A DNA stretch of 62,966 nt, the filler included, from Rhabdomonas costata (lineage: Eukaryota), in assembly GCA_019059605.1 (NCBI GenBank). It is 27 parts of 27 records of this genome, joined end to end, with 100 filler letters (N's around TTAATTAATTAA, not from the genome) between each part and the next. Parts side by side here need not be neighbours in the genome. Positions count along the whole stretch, not along the records: positions 25,718 to 27,953 come from JAHMHO010004638.1; positions 28,054 to 30,288 come from JAHMHO010004639.1; positions 30,389 to 32,626 come from JAHMHO010004640.1; positions 32,727 to 34,961 come from JAHMHO010004641.1; positions 35,062 to 37,296 come from JAHMHO010004642.1; positions 37,397 to 39,631 come from JAHMHO010004643.1; 21 more parts are not named here. One strand, written 5' to 3'. The position numbers and the translations under genes are program-made. Below the pieces are notes generated by a model, which was given only the letters and a program-made list of their open reading frames with translations, did no database searches and was not told the origin of the DNA. The first letter of the stretch is position 1, and each line of letters opens with the position of its first letter. This document shows, in pieces, positions 25,618 through 37,419 of this stretch.

Positions 25618-26685
25618 NNNNNNNNNNNNNNNNNNNNNNNNNNNNNNNNNNNNNNNNNNNNTTAATTAATTAANNNNNNNNNNNNNNNNNNNNNNNNNNN
25701 NNNNNNNNNNNNNNNNNGGAGCGCGCTCTGGACTCTGATGTCCGGATGGTGCTTTGTCTCGGCCAGAACGAGGTGTGAAGCTTTTGGTTTTAGGTTTTAG
25801 GTTCTCGGTCCCTCTTCCAGGCTGTACGTAACGTCACCGTTACCGGTGAAGGGGCGTTTGGTCCCTTTCTTTTCGGAGGATTCGCGCGTCGCATTGCGGT
25901 CTGCGAACTTTAGGGGCAGTGTGTGTGTAAGCGTTGGGCGTAGGGCGTAGGAAGTAATGAAACCCAAAAACATAAATGATGAAAACACTTCCCTGGCGTA
26001 CAACGTGCGCTCGATTTAGTTAAATGTTGATTGGTTTGCCGTGAAGTTTCGGTGGCAGTTGCTACTGCGGTTCTGGTCTGGGTGGGCCAGGTTGAGGTGC
26101 CCATTCTCGCCGCGCAACTTGTTGGCTGTGCTTGGCGAGACCAGAACCGTGCCTTGCTGCTTGGCGTTGCTGGGGGGATTGGTCGGCTTACGCCGCTGCT
26201 CCTGGAGCAATCTCTCGAGTGTGTCTCAATGTGCATTGCTGGACCAACTCGTGCGGTCATATTCGGATGAATGTATGTCTGCTCCACAACCAGTTAAGAA
26301 GGTGCCACGGGGATAAACTCTCACGTGCAGTGCGTTTTGACCATCCATTTTGCTCCACAGCCTTTCCTCTCCGCTTTCCGACGATTACAATGAAGCGTTG
26401 CAGCTGTAAATTTCGGGTAGTTTGTTGAAGAGTTTTTTCTTTCCTTTGTTTTATTTCCCGTGTGGTCTTGCTTTTTGGAAGGAAGGTTCTGCATAACTTT
26501 CCAGATTCTGTAGATTCACTTGAAACCTCTGTGCAATTAGTAATTCTCAGCCAATTGCAAAACCTCCTTCGCCGATTTCCCTGTTGATTCTGGTCAGTGT
26601 CAAAATGAAGTTCGTTTCGAGTTACTGAATTCCTTTCCTGCGATGCATAGCCTATAGTTTCCCAGCCCTGCTCCTTTATTTTAAG

Positions 26686-27624
26686 GTGGTACCACCGCAC
26701 TGGCCGGACCAGTGGCCTGGTGGTCGGCGAGGACTCCAGCATCGAGTTTCGTCGGACTAGTGCCCTCCTTGGGCGTACTTTGCGAAAGCCTTTCATGCCT
26801 GAGGAGGGTCAGCACAAGGTCAGCCGCCAGGTATGCTGCCAGGGTCGTCATACGAGTGTTTTAAACTCCTTCGAAATTTGTTGGTTTGATGTGTGGGCAT
26901 AGAGTCTGAACCTCTCTCCTTCCGCTGCTGTGTTTCTTCGCTCGTGTTGCGCCTACCGTGCCCGCAAGCTATGAATTCCCATATTCGCCCTTTTGTCCCA
27001 GGGTGCTCCACGGGAAGAAGTTGAGTCCCATGTGTGCGAGGGGGATCTCTACCTGGAGGTGTGCAATTCTTATTTTCGCTAGAAAGTCTGAAAGTTTCGG
27101 GGCAAACGCTATCCTCTTGGCTTAATTGCACTGCTTTCCACACACTGCCTCGAAGACCTGCCATTTTTTCGTGCAGGTTGTTTTGGTAATTCTGGCCTCC
27201 GAGTACGGTCTGGAACCCAACGCTGACCGCTTCTTTCTCGTGGACCGGAACTTTCCATATGAGCAACGCCTGGACGAGATCCAGGTTGTACTCCGCGAGA
27301 AGCGCAGGTGGTGGACCCCTCCCTTGCCCTCTCTTTTCTTGCTTGCGGCTTTTCCCTGGTGCCTGAGGCTATCGTTTGGCTTGATGTTGTCCCCATCCTT
27401 CTCATGCACTCTACCTCTTCTGTGTTTGCTCTCTTTTGCCCCTTGCCCGCTCTTTCAGGATCGTAATAGTTCTGGAGAACAGCAGCTGCAATACGGGCCA
27501 GAACGTGGAGTTCACCACCGAGATGCTGCAGCGGATGCGCCTGGCTGAGAACGGCGGTGTGATTACTGTGATGATTGCGATTGATATTATAGCTGAATGT
27601 CAGAAAAGATGCAAAAACAACTGA
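26686..27624 (+). CDS. C-terminal 3 exons (26686-26830, 27177-27307, 27459-27624) of a divergent type I phosphoribosyltransferase-like protein
   Basis: Phase-consistent GT-AG splicing; SEYG loop and RIVIVLENSSCNTGQNV at the PRPP-loop position. The exon structure is firm, the fold call is tentative. Confidence 0.5.
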
Positions 27625-30600
27625 GCGCCGTGCAAATTCCGCACATACTGCACTGTCCTCCATTTTAGAGTTGGGCGGGTAATCTTTTTATTTAAAATCC
27701 TCGGAATACAATTTAAAGCTTTTTGTTAAACGACACACACCGGGAGTGAGCTCTCCGTGTGGCCCTCCTTTGCCATGCAAGCGTCAGCTCTGCCGGAAAT
27801 GCCCGCTATGCCCTCTGACATCGTATTTCTGATTCCCGGTTCACCCTCTCTGGCCAGATGATAGCGTTTCCGGCAGGCACTTTCCCAACACTGTGCAACA
27901 TCGCGCCCAGTCACCCCCCCCCACCCCGAACCCCACACGAAATCCATCCGCACNNNNNNNNNNNNNNNNNNNNNNNNNNNNNNNNNNNNNNNNNNNNTTA
28001 ATTAATTAANNNNNNNNNNNNNNNNNNNNNNNNNNNNNNNNNNNNNNNNNNNNGTTGTGTTTGTGTTCCCTTTAGGGTCTCTCTCCCTTTCCTTCTTATG
28101 AATTGCTTGTGTTGTGATGGACCCCAACCGCTTCGAGAACTCCTGCGCTTGTGCCGCAATGCTATTGTTAATCAAAAAGCCTTTTTTTAAACACAGGAGC
28201 ACAGAAACGTGGGGCACAAGCAAGTGGACAGGAGGGTATCTTAGTGCGGATGAGTGTGCGTCTTGCACAAAACAATAATTCACATTGGTGAGCAAACAAC
28301 CGATTTCCAACCTTTGTGAACACTTTAATACACAAAAACCCCTCCCAAAAATTCAACAAATTGGCCCTTGCCGATGACTTCAACATTGACTTTGTGGGGG
28401 AAATGGGAGGGGGGCGCTCACAAGAATCTTGGAAATCGTTGAAAGGTTGAAAAGACAACTTGGAGAACGCGGGAAGAACGTGTTAGCGTGTTAGCGGGGG
28501 TGGGAGAGAGAAGAAAGAAAAAACGAGTGGGATACAAAATGCCGTTTGTAATCATCTCTATAATCATCACTATATCGTGTTTAGCCCTCTTGCTTCCTCA
28601 GCGGACACGGTTTTGGTGTTCATTTTCGGGCGACTTCATTCATCCTGCTTATGCACCACTGGGCTGACCAGTGGCCCGACGAATCTTGCGAATATCCATG
28701 AATAAAGCCCCCAGGAGCAAGAGCGCGTCCCAGGGAACATCTTGCACACCTCACTGATTACCACTGACACCGTTACCAGTGTTAGGAAAATTCAGCTCCG
28801 CCCCCCTGTGTATCGTCCTTCAACCCGAGACCAAGATCCACTTTCCCAGTTCCGAGACCCCTGCATCGTCTACTTAACCCCATAACACTGACACTACTAC
28901 TAATAATACTGCTCGGGTCACCCCAAAAGGGAGAATTTTGCTCGCTGTACATTAAAGTTTACGAATTCAGACTTAGAGAGCGAAAAAGGGGTCTAAAAAC
29001 CATGCTTTTACGCTGAAAGGGGCCTTTTCCATGCATGTTTTTGGATTGGACTGAGGACCTGACACGGAGCATACTAATAATAAGTAGAGGGCTAAGCAGA
29101 AGCAGGTCTGCGGTCTTTTGTATATCGAGAGAGTGGAAGATTGAAGAAAGGCGAAAAGCATTACTGTGGGGGCGCACGGCAACGCACACCGGAGGCGATG
29201 GCGCAAGGTCTCCCGAAGTCCCAGGACGCCCAGGAATCGCCACCGGGGCACGGCAAGAAGGCGGCCCCACAGCTCATCCTCCGCTGCGTCCCACCACACC
29301 CCCTCCATTTCCCACTCGCCCGATCATTCGATGAGGAACAAACCAACCGAAAGAAGAGGCGAACGAGCACACAAAATATCTCGTAATTTTTTTGGGGTCA
29401 CCAAATGCGAACGTCAAAATCGGAAGCCAGGCGCCTAAGTCTCCTCGTAATGTCCAATTCGCAAATAAACTTCCCCTCCACACCGTCAAGGATCCCAAAA
29501 CTCGGCGCAGACAGAAACATTGATAGAGCTCAGCGCCCTTGGATCACGAAGTGGGCGGGCGAGTTGCAGGAATTACTGGTGTTATGCCCCCAACCCGTCC
29601 CCCCCACCAAAAAATACCGAAGTACGGAGTAGGGCGCACCTCGTTGCACGGCGTCCCCCGTGCTTCCCGGGGGCTGGAGCACAGAGGCGGGTACCAAGGC
29701 CAGGGCAGTGCCCAGAACCTAAGTCAAATGCGGCTGGTGTGTGTGTGCGTGTGTGTGTGCGGGGGATGAACCGATTATTGGTCGTAAAGTAAACGGATCT
29801 GAAACGATCAATAGAAAAACGAGAGGCCGGATGGAGGGAGAGAGAGTGCAAGCAATGTTTCAGAACTGGAATTTCTGTGCAGTATCTCAAAGCGAAGGAG
29901 TGACAGCATTCTGAACACAACCCCTTCATGTGATGGTTGGCAGGAACACGAAGAAAAAGTGACGTTGTGTTTGAAATCTTCCCTTTTCCGATCTCACCCC
30001 CCCCCCATCACACACACACACCGGCGGCAGCGCACCGTCGTAAGGAGGGCCAAAGAGAGAGATAGAGAGAGAGGAGTTGGAGTGAGTGAGGCACCGTAAG
30101 CCCCTCTTCCTCCATCTGTTCCGTCGCAGCTCGGAGCTCGGGCTTGCCCACCCAGGTCGGGGGCTCGTTGGCATACCTATACAACCCGCCCAACACTCCT
30201 CGTGCCCATACCGAAACCCAAAGTCATGTACTGCAAGCACAGGCACATCGGCAAGCAAGGCACCCATGAAGGCGCATACCAAAAAACANNNNNNNNNNNN
30301 NNNNNNNNNNNNNNNNNNNNNNNNNNNNNNNNTTAATTAATTAANNNNNNNNNNNNNNNNNNNNNNNNNNNNNNNNNNNNNNNNNNNNTGTTTGTGGGCT
30401 TCGGGCGGCCAAGAGCCAGTTGCCTGGCCCCGTTTGGAGTGGGTTTTTTCATTAATGTAAGTATGTTGTGGGTGCTGTCGTAAACCCTCCGCTGCGGGGG
30501 GCAAGAAGCGGCACAAAAGGAATACCAGAGAGCCAAGGGCACCACAATCGGCCGAGGGTGAAAGGTCAGAGAATTTCGACCCCGGCCACGCAGCGTTTCA

Positions 30601-30834
30601 AAAGACCCCAGGCCAGCTTTGGCTTAGCCCTCAATACCAAAAGGATGGGGGCATTCGTAAAAGATCGTCCCTTTGGGCAAGCTGTATGAAGAAGCTTCAT
30701 CAACGTCACGTGCATATGATGATTGAGCAGTCTCGTTTCGTTATGGAAAAGCACCTGTTTACCTGTGTTGCAGTAGTTGATGTCTCCTAGCACAGGAACA
30801 ATGAGAACATGCTTACGCTTCATACACTCTGCAG

Positions 30835-32493
30835 GTCGCCCTTCCAGATATCCTGTGCTAGAGATGGAGTTACATGAGATCGCGCTGCTGCACTCGCTTC
30901 TTGGACCGCTATACCCTGGCCTTCTGCAGCTTCGCCGTCTTGCCTTCAACCGGTACTTTGCCGTGTTCTCGTCAGACAACGACGCCCGTTCCGCCCTGAC
31001 GTCTAAAGCAAAGACCTTACTGGGCTTTCCTATCTCGATAAGCCCTAACGATGAGATGGGGGCGGTTGTTTTGGAGCTCAATGTCGACGGGATTTTCCGT
31101 GCACTGCTGCGCCCCATGTTGGAGAGAGAGGGTGTGGTGGGCTTTGAACTGCGTCTGCACGGAGTGCGCCAATACTGCGAGCTCACAATGGTGAACATCC
31201 AAGCGGCGGAGCACCTGCTTTCGCGGAAAGCAGTCCAGTGCCTGGACTTGTTGCTCGCACTCAAGCCGGGAGCTAGCCACCCACCCTTTCAGCCCTCCTC
31301 AGAAAAAAGCAGCCCTACGGGACCTAATTCGCCTGAACTGACCTCACAGCCCTCCTCCGCAGCTAAAACCCTCCCTGCTGAATGCCCTACGTCTGACCTG
31401 CCTGACTGCACTCCATACTATACCGTGTTCGCATCTGTAGATCTCCCCAAGCTTCTGCAGAGAATTTTGCACCCAGTGTATCCCTGGGTTCAGCGTGTGA
31501 ACTACTTCCCGAGCAGCGGGCATGCCACCGTCAGCTTTGGCACAACCGGCGCGGCTCAGGCCTCGATGGATCTGGGTAGGGTGCATATTGGCAATTATTT
31601 GGTGCGCCTCAGTACAGGACGTGGTCTGGAGCCAAATCAGGCTAAGATGGAGCAACCCGTGGGCGCACTGCAGGCGGCAATAAAGGAGGGGCTTGCTGAG
31701 TGCGGTGTGACGGGGGTCATCCTGGACCGCCAGCGTGCAATTCTGTTGCTTCGGACTCGGGAGCAGCGCGATAAGTTGCTTGCTGGGGGAGCTGTCGCTG
31801 TGCAGGGGGTAACCTGCCTTCTTCGGAGCGGTTTGCACCACCACCCACCCCCCTCCCGCCTGCTTACTACTGTGCTTCTTCTTCATTCCATCTCTTCGGT
31901 CACCGCTGCATTTTCCTGTCCTGGTTTTGTGCAGTGCTGTAGGTGTGCTGTTGCGATTGCCATCTTCAAGGATTGCACAACCCACAGCTCCCTTCATATG
32001 CTCTGCGTATCCCGGGCTTTCTTTCTGGTCTACCGTATATGTTGTTATAGGCTGGGGCCATGAGGTCCTCCCTGTCCCGCTCAAAGTCAACTTCAACGAC
32101 ATCCTGTTGAGGGCTTTCCTGCCTCACTTCCCAGGACTGGTTGGTATTTCCTTCCGCAGATCCAGCCGGGGTGTTGTCTTCGGCCAGTTTTCCACCTTCA
32201 GCGAAACCACGGACGCATGCACCTCTTTTCCGGAAGCCATCCTTGGCGTCCCTCTTGCTGTAGAAGAAGCCAAAAACAGCGAAAGGACCGTTGTTTTCCG
32301 GCTGGATGCGCACGCCGTGCTGGACAAGGCAATGGCGAAGGACCTTGAGCAGCACCGCATTACGGAGTTGTGCTACAAGTGGCCCCTGCCGTACTGTGTG
32401 GGCTTCTTCTCAGATTTAGAGGCTGTCACCAAGCTGCGCTCCTCACTGTCCCTTTCCATCGCGGGCGCCTTGTGCACTATCTACAGGCATTGA
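30835..32493 (+). CDS. Unassigned protein with six divergent RRM-like modules (exons 30835-31830, 32051-32493)
   Basis: Two long frames joined in phase by a GT-AG intron (AGC G|GC TGG); internal repetition; TGA stop. Confidence 0.7.
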
Positions 32494-33038
32494 ACTTGAC
32501 AGTGATTTGCAAGAAATTTTTCCGAACCACAAGCCCGCGTTTACGCAGCTGCGACCCTTCGTATGTTGTAGGTTCCGCTGCCGTGGAGTCTTCGTGAAAA
32601 GGACGAAGAAACCCCCCCCCCAACACNNNNNNNNNNNNNNNNNNNNNNNNNNNNNNNNNNNNNNNNNNNNTTAATTAATTAANNNNNNNNNNNNNNNNNN
32701 NNNNNNNNNNNNNNNNNNNNNNNNNNTGTTGGTGTGTTTGGGGGTTGGTGTGGTAAGGCAGGTCCGTCCCGCCGTGTATCGGTTTGGTTGTTCGGCATAG
32801 TGCATGCGATGCTTACCATTTCTGGCTCATGGTTATGATGTTTTGATGGATAGGTGCGGTGATGGCTGGGTCGAGGGGTGGGTACGTACATGCCAACATC
32901 GAATCGAATCGAATCGATTGCATAACATCGAGTCATAAAAAAAACCTGGCGGAGTCACCCGGCCGCCCTCTCGCCGGAGTCATTCCCAACGTATGGCAGT
33001 GCAATCCACCAGAAAAACCACAAGAGGGAGATCCTTAC

Positions 33039-33184
33039 CGGAGGGGATACGGCAGGGTAATCACACGCTCGTCCATCAGAAACTCCCTCAGGTAGCGCCA
33101 CACCGCGGGTGCGGTGGGGCGAACCGGGGTGCCAGTGTTTACCAGCACCACACCCACCCGTGCACCTTCCCGAGAAGTGCCAGC
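33039..33184 (-). CDS. hemH: Ferrochelatase, N-terminal conserved exon (this frame is not in the ORF track)
   Basis: TAG acceptor and GTAAGG donor; [40 protein letters not shown]. Confidence 0.9.
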
Positions 33185-34011
33185 CTATGTGTACGTATGT
33201 GCTTTCGTCAGCCGGACACCACTGATAAAGATGCAGCAGATCACCATCTTCTGGTTGAGAAAACATGTTTTACAGCTAGTATCAATCAAAAACACTCAAA
33301 CGCCTTAAGAGCGCGCTCCTGTCAATCAGGCCTGCAGCTTTTCAATTCTGCGGTAAATCCGTGGCGAGTCTAAGGTGATTTAAGCATAGAACATACAAAC
33401 GAAGCAAAATGAGGTCACGTGGACGGTCTTGATTGGCCCCCGCAACAATACGGCCCTTTGGCGTCCTCTAAAACCATTGGCTGAGAGATTTGAGTATTCT
33501 CACGAGTGTCTCGTTCTTCTCCCTTGCTACCACTGCAGATACGAAGGTTGAAGGTTGGAAGAAACCAGGCAGTTTTCAGGGTCTGCTATGCGCGTAATGA
33601 CATTAACAAAACGGCCACCTGAAAGGCTCTCCCAGAGCCACTCTGGAGGGACCGGTCCAGCAAACGCACCCGACGGCAGAGCATCAGAAAAAGAAAAGAA
33701 AGGAAAAAGGGAAGCAACAGTACCTGAAAGGAAGGAAACCCACGCTGGAATACCCATACGAATGTCCGACTGTTTTTTTGGAATTCAAAGGAGTTCGGTG
33801 AGCGCTTTTGGGGAGGTCAATGGGATATCGCAGGAGCCCCTCGACGTGCGCTTGGCAGCATTTGAATTTTTCGTAACATTCCCATTCCCATGGAAGAAAA
33901 GTCCATTTGAATCACGAATTTTCAGGACACAGACAAACGAAGCAGGCAGACCATTGCAGTGCAGAGGCTCTCACACAAATTACACAAAGCAGCAGGCAAA
34001 AACAAAGCTTC

Positions 34012-34660
34012 TCAGGGCGGTGCTGTGGAGCCTCCTGCATCGGCCCACGAGCTTCGGGCCAGGAAGTGGGCCAGTAGGCCCCCGTTGGCCGGTCCAAGTA
34101 CAGCCTTAAGCTCATCCTCTGGGGCTCGAAGAACCGCGGCAAGGTTGGGAAAGGCTCGCAGTAGAGCCGGCCGGTTGGCCGCCGTCACCCCTGGAAGGGC
34201 TCCAAGAATCTCCGCGGCGACCTCGCTATCACTCAGAAACCCCCCAGAAGCGCGGTCACGGGGAGCGTCCGGCTTGACTCCATCCCCATCTGAGAATCCC
34301 CATTGTGTTCATCTTCAACGATCGAAAAAAAATCAATGAGAACGAAATTGAATATAAACCCCATCCGAATACACGAGCTTCGACCTGTCACACCAAATGC
34401 CGTCTTAAAAAAGTGTCTCAAATACGCTTCCTTGCCTTGTTCTTTGTTACTTTTAGGCCTACCCAGATTGTCTGCTGCATCAGCGAGAGCGTCCGACATT
34501 GCGGTGTCCGTCGCCGCCAAGGGGAGTGCCGCGGGGTCGGGCTGGGCGCGAGTAGCCTTCAGCGCGAGAAAGACGGAAGCCGTAGCCTCGGGGCTGCGGC
34601 ACCACAGCATCCGCAGGGAGGGCAGAGCCTGCACTAGCACGGTCAGTCGCTCCAAAACAC
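34012..34660 (-). CDS. ERCC4: DNA repair endonuclease XPF/Rad1, last two exons (34660-34463, 34289-34012)
   Basis: LTVLVQALPSLRMLWCRSPEATASVFLALK..QPD, then HhH2-like ILGALPGVTAAN...PNLAAVLRAPEDELKAVLGPANGGLLAHFL; phase-1 intron fits. Confidence 0.9.
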
Positions 34661-37419
34661 CTATTTTTCAGGAGCACTATGAAACCGCCACTGACTGGGA
34701 AATCCCTCCAAGTGCTTTGAAAGCACAGCACTTTGTAATCCGTGGGCTTCATTGAGATCCTTGCCCTCACCCAATATCACGATGTCAGACTTTTGACCGT
34801 TCACGATAGAACTTTTCGCAATCAACATCTCGCTCGGAAAACAGGGACAACCCAAAACAACTTTATCTCTCTCTCGCGCTTCTCTTTGCCCATTGTATAT
34901 CGGCCACCAGTTTTCCGGGGAATGCACAAATTCAGACGAAACACAATCGGGAGACACCCACNNNNNNNNNNNNNNNNNNNNNNNNNNNNNNNNNNNNNNN
35001 NNNNNTTAATTAATTAANNNNNNNNNNNNNNNNNNNNNNNNNNNNNNNNNNNNNNNNNNNNGTGTTTTTATATCCAATGTTGACAATTTCTCCCGTAGAT
35101 CAGTGTTTTTATTTCTGTTTTGCAGGGTTAGAAAGCGATGTATCCTCCTCGGAGGGGGGGTCCGGGGGGAACCTCCGGAACCTCCCCGGGAACTTAACCA
35201 ATAAAAAAGGAACACTGCTATACCTATGCCGAATGTTCTTCGAATTGAACAGAGGCAGCAGCACGCGAAACAATCGTGTGCAGGCAATATGTCAACTGTC
35301 TCGATATGTAACCACCTTTCTCCTATTAAAAAAAGAGAGAAGCAGCATCCCAATGGACAGCGTGTTCAATGACTTGACAACACACAAAAACACTCAGATG
35401 GCATTGAAGTCAGAACTTCAGGGGCAGCAGAACGAATGTGAAGGATTGAGCGCAGAAGGAAAGCAGCAGATACCGGAAGATAGCCCACCGGGAACGAGAA
35501 GGTGTGGGCAGGGCGACCAGCACGAAGATCCTGTGTCCATCACAGAAACACTGAAGGAACCTCAACGGAATGTTTAAATGATTGACCCTAACGATTAAAA
35601 ACTATGTCAAAGCAGACAAACACAGAAAAATCCAAAATCCATTTCAAAACGTGGAGCATGAAAAGAGTTGTGTTGAATACATGCATGAATTAATTGTTTT
35701 GGTGATGACAAAAAAATCCTTCGGACCCACCGCACAATTAGTAACCCAATTAGAAACCTATGTTAGTCCTTGCACAATCTTTGTTCTATGTCCTAAGTTG
35801 TCTTTGCAAATTTTCAGATGGAATCAGACGAGAATCGCCAAATATGTCATGCAGGCCAACAGCAGGCTTTTACGCCGATTAGCGCCCACAGCTCCCGGAG
35901 TAACAAGGAATTCTATGGATGGCGGCGTTTTGGCGCCCTTCAGGTGTCGGTATCATTCGAAGATTCGAAGGATGTCACAGGCCTGACTTGGCAGCTTGCC
36001 CGTGTTTCAAAGCGTGACGTTAAAAAGCGCGTACCTGTTGGAACAGGAAGTGCATGATGCTGAAAAGCCTTCCCTGGGGGTTCAGCAAAGTTTTAAGTGC
36101 AGCGTCAACGTCGGCATGAGCGTCGCTCTGGCACAACCATGATCTGCAAAAGAAAACGGACAACGCAGCAAGCCACCAAGAGAGCAAGTCAAAAAAAAAA
36201 AGAAACAGAAACGACGCTGCAAACCGAGCATGCTCAAAGTGCACGCTGGGGCCTGGTCTCCCGAAAACTTTTTGCAGAAGCCTTTCAAAAAGCTCATTCT
36301 GAAGGAACACGACAATTCTCTCAGTTTCAGCATCGAAACGGGCTCCAGAAGGTGGGAATCTTACTTTTGACAGCAACACGTCTGAAAAAAAGTGCAGCGA
36401 ACGAGGCCGAAACGGAAATCACAAACTGGAGAAAAGCTCCCCACCAAAAAAGTTGGAAAACAATCTGTCCGTGTTTGCAACTGCAAGCGCTGAATCCTTG
36501 CGAGCCTTGGGGGGTTCCCCAGTTTGCTGGCTTGGGAGGAGTCGAAAATGGGAGCTGGTAGGCCGTTTTGAAGTTTAAATGGAGTTACATGGAGTTAAAC
36601 GGCGTAAATGGCGTAAAATTCGAACACCGCCCTAATGGCCCCTGGTGTTTTACTGGTGTTTTAGCACCTTAGCACGTCCCTTAGAGGGGACTTCTAATAA
36701 CCTGTCCTTGGGGGGTGTTGGCAAAGTTTATCTAGCTCTCTTACATAAAAATAAGGTCATTTCGAGGGTGCTGGCATGCTTGATGGGACCGCTTTTAGTT
36801 AATTTACCAAAAATCTTAAGCCTGTTTCCTGTTACCACTCGTAAATGTTACCAGTGGTAACCGTTACCACTCCCCACGCCCAACTTCCATTTTGCCGACA
36901 ATCGGAACACTGAATTTGCTTCGCGCATGTGTTATGCTCGTGTGCCATTGTCCACGCGGTCATAGATGCCTCCACGTGCCTGCCACCACACCCACAGCTG
37001 CATCAGGTGCATGTTACCCCAGCTTACTGGTGCAGCGCAGGTTTTTTTTTGCATCGGTGAAAGCCCGTAGGATTGTCGATCGTGTCGCAGTAGCTGCATG
37101 GATGATGTCGAACTCCATCGAATTTTTGTATATAGTGCAGGAAAATGGCAGAGTGATGGTTTTTCACTGTTAAAGAGATGCACAGGATTCCATCCTGGAA
37201 TGGGTCAGTACTCCAGCCACCCATTCTCTTCTCTCCTTCTCCACGGAACTGTCACAAGGGGTCTTCCTTTGGGTGGGCCGTAGCGAACCCCACCACNNNN
37301 NNNNNNNNNNNNNNNNNNNNNNNNNNNNNNNNNNNNNNNNTTAATTAATTAANNNNNNNNNNNNNNNNNNNNNNNNNNNNNNNNNNNNNNNNNNNNTTGT
37401 GGGTGTGTTTGGGGGGTTG

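Noticed and set aside
32727-32760. G/T-rich contig starts and C/A-rich ends as telomeres of gene-sized chromosomes
   Set aside because: No fixed repeat unit, wrong polarity for telomeres (G-rich at 5' ends), and genes are truncated mid-exon; fits WGA primers
35125-36560. A-rich ORFs as transposon or viral genes
   Set aside because: No recognisable domain motif; cannot support a call
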